Assembly: GCA_964016885.1 (NCBI GenBank)
Contig: OZ024744.1
Location: 15,128,001 to 15,192,000 of the forward strand
Origin: Eledone cirrhosa
Taxonomy: Eukaryota
Reading direction: 5' to 3'
DNA length: 64,000 nt
The notes below the pieces were generated by a model. It made no database searches and was not told where the DNA came from. It saw only the letters and a list, made by a program, of their open reading frames with translations. Positions 56,421 through 64,000 of this stretch are shown here, in pieces. Position 1 is the stretch's first letter; every line of letters begins with the position of its first letter. The position numbers and the translations under genes were made by a program.

Positions 56421-57170
56421 CACACCAATGACTAGCTGCACTAATGGCACATCTAGAGTGACACCCCAAAGAAAAGCTGCACCAGTGGCACATCTAGAGA
56501 GGCACCCCAATGACTGGCTGCACCAGTGGCACCCGAATGACTAGCTGTACCAGTGGCACATCTAGAGTAGAACCCCAACTACTGGCTGTACCAGTGGCAC
56601 ATCTAGAGTGGCACCCCAATGACTGGCTGTACTGCTGGCACATCTAGAGTAGCACCCCAACTACTGACTGTACCAGTGGCACAGCAAGAATGTCACCCCA
56701 ATGATTGGCTGTACCAGTGGCACATCTAGAGAGGCATCCCAATGACTGGGTGTACCAGTGGCACATCTAGTGTGGAACCCCAAAGACAAGCTGCACCTGT
56801 CGCACATCTAGAGAGGCACTCCAACGACTGGCTGTACCAGTGGCACAGCAAGAATGTCACCCCAAAGACAAGCTGCAACAGTGGCACATCTAGAGTGGCA
56901 CTCCAAAGACTGGCTGTACCAGTGGCACAGCAATAATGTCACCCCAATGACTGACTGCACCAGTGGCACATCTAGAGAGGCACCTAATGACTGGCTGTAG
57001 CTGTACCAGTGGCACATCTAGAGAGGCACTCCAATAACTGGCTGTAGCTGTACCAGTGGCACATCTAGAGAGGCACTCCAATGACTGGCTGTACCAGTGG
57101 CACAGCAATAATGTCACCCCAAAGACTGGTTGCACAAGTGGCACATCTAGAGTGGGACCCCAAAGACTGA
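56410..57170. repeat. ~41-bp minisatellite, ~18 diverged copies, continuous with the RTE C-terminus
   Basis: Unit tctagagtggcaccccaatgactggctgtaccagtggcaca. Confidence 0.92.
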
Positions 57171-57384
57171 TAGCACCATTGTGGGAATCAATAAATATTA
57201 GAATCAATAAAAACGGTTATTAATTTTGCAACAGTCAAATATAAAAGACTCATGATAGATTCTGATGAGAGTAACAAAGTAATTTTAGTGGGATAGTGAG
57301 GTGGGGGAGTATAAAGATTAGGGAGATGATTTTATGCAGTTCAGGTGTTTGGTAGTACAGGGCAGATTTTAGTGGGTGTAGCCT

Positions 57385-57553
57385 AGTAACTTTAGTGAAC
57401 AGGGTGTGGTATATAGGGTAGATATAACATAGTAACTTTAGTGAACAGGGGTGTGGTATATAAGGTAGATATACCATGGTAACTTTAGTGAGCAGCGGTG
57501 TAGTGTATAGGGTAGATATACCATGGTAACTTTAGTGAACAGGGGTGTGGTAT
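57385..57553. repeat. 46-47-bp minisatellite, ~3.5 copies
   Basis: gtaactttagtga recurs at 57386, 57432, 57479 and 57526. Confidence 0.85.
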
Positions 57554-57862
57554 AGTATAATGACTACAGAACATATTTTTGGCTGTATATGTAAGTAAGG
57601 TAAGTAGTGTAACTTAATATAATATGTACAGAATAGATCTTGAAAGGGGTAGTGATGTTTATAGTGTGTTGGCTACAGAGAAGATACATGGAGAAGGTTT
57701 CAATAGACCTAGTGAGGGTTGGTGAGATGAAGGAATACAATGGTTTCTGTCTAACTGGAATCTATAATGATAAATCAGTGAGTGAAATTACTCAGCTGTA
57801 ATTTAATCTAGTTTAGACAAAAAAATTCTTCACTGTAGAAAATATATATTTTTATATGTGGA

Positions 57863-58155
57863 CGAACTTTGAGGGAAAAGCTGGGTATATGAGGAACCAA
57901 ATGTAGTGTGCTGGTACAGACATGATGTGCAAAGATGAAGATTGCTTGGTGAAGAAATGCCAAGTAATCCCAGTGGATGGAAACTATAGTAGAGGAAGAC
58001 CAGGGAAGAACTGGATAGAAGTGATGAGAGCGGATCTCAAATCTCTGAAGTTCACAGAAGAGATGACAAAGGAATGCGGGAAGTGGATAGGTGCTGTAGT
58101 GAGAAGGACCCATTCAACACATGGAAGAGCGGAACAACAGATGATGATGTTGATG
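57863..58155 (+). mobile_element. RTE LINE 3' fragment with (GAT)n tail
   Basis: ORF 57922-58182: KKCQVIPVDGNYSRGRPGKNWIEVMRADLKSLKFTEEMTK; ends gatgatgatgttgatg. Confidence 0.85.
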
Positions 58156-58557
58156 AAAAACCTAAAATATAGCCTTAAATGAGCCAGATTTTTCCAACTA
58201 GACAGAAATGTTCATAGAAATATCTCCATATTTATAATGCATGTAGTGATATTTGTTTACATCCTGCATAACAGAAGCCTTGTGGCACACCAATTAAACA
58301 CGCACAAATCAGTAGCCTACTTATAAAGCAAGTGAGGTTCAGTATCAGGAAGTTCTTCTGCCTGCCATAAAATTATGTCTCAAAACATCTGGTCCAACCC
58401 ATACCAAGATTGAAAAACTGATGTAAATCCAATGAAATAGCAGATAGTTCTCACTTTGTTTTAGCATTATTGCATTGACTCTTTTGAGTAGAGAAAGGAA
58501 GAATAGCTTAGAATAGAATTGTGATACACTGTAATAATATTGTATTGTGAAACTCAC

Positions 58558-58641
58558 CTTAAACCAATAATGAAAAATATCTTCTTTGCCACCATATGTT
58601 GCTCCAATTGTAACAATACACGTCTGTAATTTCTTCTTTGT
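58558..58641 (-). CDS. AK7: AK7-like coding exon (2nd in window): TKKKLQTCIVTIGATYGGKEDIFHYWFK
   Basis: atatttcag|ACA...AAG|gtgagt; 84 nt, phase 0/0. Resembles AK7 [21 protein letters not shown] (recalled). Confidence 0.87.
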
Positions 58642-59772
58642 CTGAAATATTTGAAAAATGTCATCAAACATTGAAATATTTCTGATATCCAATAGAACTC
58701 AGACTAAATTGTCTTACAATAATTATTTTAGGTTTTGTGAGGACATAGATCTTTACTCCAATGTACTGTCCTAGGCAAAGATTTCTGTGGAAGATGACCA
58801 GTTACCCATCATGCAAGTCTTCCCCTTACCATGCTGCTTATGTTATTCCAAGAGAAAGGTAATGACCTATAAAGTTGGGAACCAGTATCGTTGCAGGCAA
58901 ATTCAGAAAACAAAGTTACAACAAAACAGAATAAGTTTTCCAAACCACCAACCCTGTATTGATACTTTATTTATCAACCTTGAAAAGATGAAAGGTAAAA
59001 TTGACCTGTATGCTGGTAGATCAGAAAAGACATTAAGATGTAGGACAAAATGTCTTGTATTTTTTCCAGTTCTCTATACTCTGAGTTCAAAACCCATAAA
59101 GGTCAGCTTTGTCTTTCAGGATTAACAAAATAAAGTAACAATAGATAGAATTGTTAGACCATTGGACAAAATGATATTTGTTCCAGCTCTTTGCATTTTG
59201 AGTTCAATTCTCACTGCTACCTACTTGGAGAGTAGAATTGATCTATTAACCAGTTTAAAACCACCACCTAAACCTTGTATGCTGTTAGCAAAGTTTACTC
59301 TCTTGCATTCGGAACTGGTCTCAAGTTTAAGGATATCTACCTCCCTACTTCCATCCTACTAGTCATGGAAACCTAGAAAAGGACCATAGGCATGGCCCTT
59401 TCCTCCTTGACTAATCAGTAAAAAATACATATATATAAATGACTAATATGTGTGTGTGTATGTATATATAGATATATATAGAGAGAGATACACCTCTGAA
59501 ACAAGGGATATTAACAAACTTAACTTTCTATAATCTATTTCAATAAATCTAATTCCAAGAGAGGAAAATAAGATTTGATGTACAATACATAGTAAAACTA
59601 TAAACATGTTGGAGTATATGGAGGTTAAGATAATATTCAACAGAACCTCCTCTTTTACAGCTTCCCTTGCTCCACCATTTTTCTTTATCTTTTTTATGCT
59701 TATTTTACCTCCAGTTGGCCTTCCATATTCAATTTTATATTTTTATATTCACTTATCTCTATATCTTTTTTG

Positions 59773-60769
59773 TTTTGTTTCTCAACTGTAAGAAGTACTA
59801 GATACCCCCCCCCCCCTAGTCTGCCATGGCTTACTAGCTCTATACAGACGTCTTTTGTTTCTCAACTGTAAGAAGTACTACATACCCCCACCTCTAGTCT
59901 GCCATGGCTTACTAGCTCTATACAGACGTCTTTTGTTTCTCAACTGTAAGAAGTACTAGATACCCCCCCCCCTAGTCTGCCATGGCTTACTAGCTCTATA
60001 CAGACGTCTTTTGTTTCTCAACTGTAAGAAGTACTAGATACCCCCCCCCTAGTCTGCCATGGCTTACTAGCTCTATACAGACGTCTTTTGTTTCTCAACT
60101 GTAAGAAGTACTAGATACCCCCTCCTTAGTCTGTCATGGCTTACTAGCTCTATACAGACGTCTTTTGTTTCTCAACTGTAAGAAGTACTACATACCCCCC
60201 CCCCTAGTCTGCCATGGCTTACTAGCTCTATACAGACGTCTTTTGTTTCTCAACTGTAAGAAGTACTAGATACCCCCCTCCCCCCTAGTCTGTCATGGCT
60301 TACTAGCTCTATACAGACGTCTTTTGTGTCTCAACTGTAAGAAGTACTCAATACTCCCCCCTAGTCTGTCATGACTTACTAGCTCTATACAGACGTCTCT
60401 TGTGTCTCAACTGTAAGAAGTACTAGATACCCCCCCTTTAGTCTGTCATGGCTTACTAGCTCTATACAGACGTCTTTTGTTTCTCAACTGTAAGAAGTAC
60501 TACATACCCCCCCCCTTAGTCTGTCATGGCTTACTAGCTCTATACAGACGTCTTTTGTTTCTCAACTGTAAGAAGTACTAGATACCCCCCTAGTCTGTCA
60601 TGACTTACTAGCTCTATACAGACGTCTCTTGTGTCTCAACTGTAAGAAGTACTCAATACTTCTAGTCTGTCATGACTTACTAGCTCTATACGGACGTCTC
60701 TTGTGTTTCAACTGTAAGAAGTACTCAATACTTCCTCTAGTCTGTATGGCTTTAAATTCTATACAGATG
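59773..60769. repeat. ~76-bp minisatellite, ~13 copies, with a variable poly-C tract
   Basis: Unit ttttgtttctcaactgtaagaagtactagata(c)n tagtctg(c/t)catggcttactagctctatacagacgtc; degenerates rightwards. Confidence 0.95.
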
Positions 60770-60838
60770 TTTAAATTGATTAAATTAAGTAAATACATAA
60801 CAAACTAAAAATATTATTCCCAGAACTAAGCACATTAC

Positions 60839-60949
60839 CCCTTTGCCAAGTTTTATGACAGTCTTCTCGGCATTGATGTGTTCCTTAAAGTTTGGATGTG
60901 GTCTTCTTCGGCGGTAATCATCTCTGGTGAAAGGGATATCAGGCTCATC
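60839..60949 (-). CDS. AK7: AK7-like coding exon (1st in window): [37 protein letters not shown]
   Basis: ttgtttattgtag|GAT...GGG|gtaatg; 111 nt, phase 0/0. Strongly resembles AK7 [33 protein letters not shown] (recalled). Confidence 0.92.
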
Positions 60950-61344
60950 CTACAATAAACAAACATGTTTCAGATCTTAAAGATTATTAAAAGTGACACA
61001 CAAAATAGCTGTCTATTCATAAATCTATGATAGAAAAAGAAATAAAAAGTTGAGATTGAGAAGAAAGAATGGAATGTAAAATAAGAAAATATAAAGAAAA
61101 ACAGAAAAGGGAAGGAATGGCAAGGACTGTAGTGTCACAGAGGAATGGGAGGGCGAGAGTGGGGCTGATTGGGCTCTGTACCTAGTGTGCAGTGGTAATA
61201 GGGCTGTGGACAAGACTGTAAAAAGCATTCCTATAGAATGGGTTTTTTTAAAGTTTCCACTGACATTAATCAAAGAACATTGAAGGTCGACAGACATTTA
61301 TTCGATAACAATAATGATAATGGTTTCTAATTTACACACATTGT

Positions 61345-61490
61345 CATTATCATCATCACTATCCTGGTCATCATCAACGTAACCATCATCATCATCATCA
61401 ATATTGCCATCAACATCATCATCATCATCGTCATCACCATCACCATCATCATCACCAACATCACCACCACCACCATCATCATCATCAACA
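61345..61490. repeat. Degenerate (CAT/CAC)n microsatellite
   Basis: catcatcatcatcaa...caccaccaccaccatcatcatcatcaac. Confidence 0.85.
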
Positions 61491-61784
61491 TTATATTTTG
61501 TGTAACAACAAAAGAGGCACTCTCTTATTCTGGGTATAGGGTATAATAGTCAGTAAATGATGACGGAGGCAATGTAAAGTATTTGCCACTTCTGGGTGAG
61601 AGATGCTACACTAACATCATCCCAGTTCCTGTCCACCCGGAGCTCCCGACTGAACCAAACCCCATACAGCTTGCCTGATCTGTCGGTATATAATTTCTAT
61701 TTTACTGAACCAAGGGAGACTACTCTCGGTTGTCGTTATAGAGAATTACTTTCCTTTTCAAATGCAAACTTGTTCTAATTAATT

Positions 61785-61935
61785 GTTTCTACTTTTGGCA
61801 CAAGTCCAGCAATTATCCCAGTGTATTATTTTCTCGACCCCGTAAGGATGAAAGGCAAAGTTAACCTCGGCGGATTTGAGCTCAGTCCATAAAGGGCCGT
61901 AACTCTTTGCTTAAAAGTAAGATTCTTTTACACGG
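61785..61935 (-). mobile_element. Nin/Deu-like SINE fragment, reverse orientation
   Basis: tcgaccccgtaaggatgaaaggcaaagttaacctcggcggatttgagctc is the reverse complement of the core at 22045-22090. Confidence 0.75.
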
Positions 61936-62141
61936 TTCAGTAAAATTGTACAGAAAAAAAAGGTTTTCTTATAATGTGATTTCTCTGTACATGAGTTGGC
62001 CAGTATGTGTTGTGTGTGAGCGAAATTTCAGCAAGATCTATCTGTATATCTATAAGATGTGCAATAGGTAAAAACACATACTCCCACGTACAATACACAC
62101 ACATCCACAATATATATATATATATATACCCATGTATACAC

Positions 62142-62470
62142 ATGGAGGCACATGGTTGGCCTTGCAATCGAAAGGTTGTGAGTTCAATTCTCAGACTGGG
62201 TGATGTGTTGTTTCCTTGAGCAAGACACTTTATTTCACATTGCTCCAGTTTACTCAGCTGTAGAAATGAGATGGTAGGGACTGGGGTCCCTATCATTCCA
62301 CTGCAAAGTGGTCGTGGAGGTGCCACGGCAAAAAAGCACCCAGCACTCACTGTAAATGAGGTTGGTGTTAGGAAGGGCATCCAGCTGTAGAAATCAAGCC
62401 AGAGTTAGTTCCCGTCCTACCCTTGCAAGCAGGGAAAAGTGGACGTAAAATGATGATGATGATAATGATG
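62142..62470 (+). mobile_element. Complete composite SINE: tRNA-like head, CORE/Meta-like body, RTE-derived structured motif, RTE 3' tail
   Basis: gagttcaattctc B-box; gtttccttgagcaagacac core; ccactgcaaagtgg..gcacc..ggaagggcatcc motif. Tail cccgtcctacccttgcaagcagggaaaagtggacgtaaaa(tga)n matches the LINE end at 6275-6320. Confidence 0.85.
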
Positions 62471-62519
62471 ACATGAACAATGTGTAGACACACATCCACA
62501 ATGTATATATATATATTGT

Positions 62520-63686
62520 ATAGTGGAGTCATGTATAGGGGAGCAGTCAGCAAAGTTAGGGTTAACAATGATTATAGCAAGGAATTTAGCATACAGGTCG
62601 GTGTCCACCAGGGCTCTGTTCTTAGCCCTTTCCTGTTTATTATGTATGTAGGAAAGGTGTAGGTAGGAACTCCATTCTCTGCTCCAAATGCAAACAATGG
62701 GTATGCAAGAGATGTAGTGGGATCTCAGGAAGCTTAGCTAAGTATGTAGGCTTCATATGTAGCAGCTGTGCCGGGGCAGCAAACAGCTACAGGAAACAAG
62801 TACCACCAAACTCTGGGAGGGCTCTGTAGAAACAGTAGACAACTTCTGCAACCTAGGTGACCGAATTAGCAGTGGAGGTAGGTGTTCAGAAAGTACAGTA
62901 ACCAGGGTAAGAACGGGATGGAAGAAGTGCAGGGAGCTACTACCACTGCTAGCTTCAAAAGGCTTTTCCCTCAAAATGAAAGGCAGACTGTATGATGCAT
63001 GAATACGAACAGCAATGTTACATGGTAGTGAGACCTGGGTGCTGTCTGTAGAAGACTTACGTAGATTAGAAAGAAACGAAGCCTGCATGTTCCGATGGAT
63101 GTGTAATAATATACGCGAACAGCAAAGCATAAACAAATTGAGAGAGAGACTGAGTATAAGAGGAATCAAATGTTGTTTGCAGGAGAGGCGGTTGCATTGG
63201 TATGGACATGTGATGCGTATGAAGGGTGATGATAGCTGCAGAAAAAGGTGCAGAGCACTAAAGATTGATGGAAGCCGTGGAGTGGGGAGACCCAAGAAGA
63301 CCTGGGATGAGGTGATAAAAGCTGACCTTGCCCAATTGCACTTCTCAAAGGTGATGACACAGGACTGTGACCTCTGGTGCCACGCACTAATAAAAAAACA
63401 CCCGACTTCGCACAGGAACAAGCCGAAGCTGAAGCATATAGACAATATGCCCCCACACCCTCCCACTGCAAAGTGGTCGTGGAGGTGCCAGGGCAAAAAA
63501 GCACCCAACATTCACTGTAAATGAGGTTGGTGTTAGGAAGGGCATCCAGCTGTAGATATCAAGCCAGAATCACTTCCCATATGAGCAAGACATGGTCAGC
63601 TGACTGGACACTGCCCACAACAGGACAACCCATCTAACCCATGCTAGCGTGGAAGAATGGACATAAAACGGTGATGATGATGATAA
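62520..63686 (+). mobile_element. RTE LINE 3' fragment with internal deletion (family of 3843-5030)
   Basis: MYRGAVSKVR..GVHQGSVLSP joined to CRKGVG; ORF 63015-63524 RLHWYGHV..GRPKKTWDE..PTAKWSWRCQGKKAP; (GAT)n tail. Confidence 0.92.
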
Positions 63687-63719
63687 ACATGTACAATGTA
63701 TACACACACATCAACAATG

Positions 63720-63754
<35 letters not shown>

Positions 63755-63811
63755 ATACACATCTACAATGTAGATATACACATACATACATATTAACAAG
63801 GTATATATATA

Positions 63812-64000
63812 CAGGGTGCGGACGATATTTGTTCGCAAGATTACTGTCTAGGAAAAAATAACACAGTAGTTTTATTTTTTAAGATTTATTTATCAAACTT
63901 GGGTCAGTTTGTCTTCATGACTTGTTCTTTCGATCTCACTCAATAAACCCGCCATTGGCTTTGATGACGGCCTCAAGGCGGCCTCGGAACCGGCTACAGG
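63812..64000 (-). mobile_element. End of a Tc1/mariner-superfamily transposon; runs off the right edge
   Basis: TA|cagggtgcggacg terminus. Minus strand 64000-63936 encodes CSRFRGRLEAVIKANGGFIE*, typical of a Tc1/maT transposase C-terminus. Confidence 0.75.

Noticed and set aside
58345-58692. 115-aa ORF as a standalone gene
   Set aside because: Only 58558-58641 is bounded by splice sites and AK7-like; the remainder is intronic read-through.

Overview
This is eukaryotic (animal) genomic DNA. The SINE and RTE repeat content resembles coleoid cephalopod (Octopus-like) repeats, but that is unverified. The whole window lies inside one minus-strand host gene. Five short GT-AG exons (60839-60949, 58558-58641, 22601-22686, 13949-14039, 3684-3761) splice in frame into 150 aa that resemble adenylate kinase 7 (AK7), a motile cilium/sperm flagellum protein. 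The introns contain RTE-clade LINE copies, tRNA-derived SINEs, a full-length degenerate mariner, MITEs and several tandem arrays. The main observation is that three separate tandem arrays derive from terminal sequences of RTE LINEs/SINEs, and each is still attached to its parent element. (1) A ~32.4-kb array of a 48-bp unit (23365-55755) has nested higher-order repeats; its monomer is a predicted structured RNA module (GNRA hairpin plus H-type pseudoknot) shared by local RTEs and a SINE. (2) A ~7.5-kb array of a 43/44-bp unit (14353-21812) comes from the KKCQEIPV..RGRP coding tail of an RTE. (3) A 41-bp array (56410-57170) comes from the C-terminus of a BovB-like RTE. The Cys/His-rich ORFs in the ORF track over the satellites are artefacts of the repeat unit.
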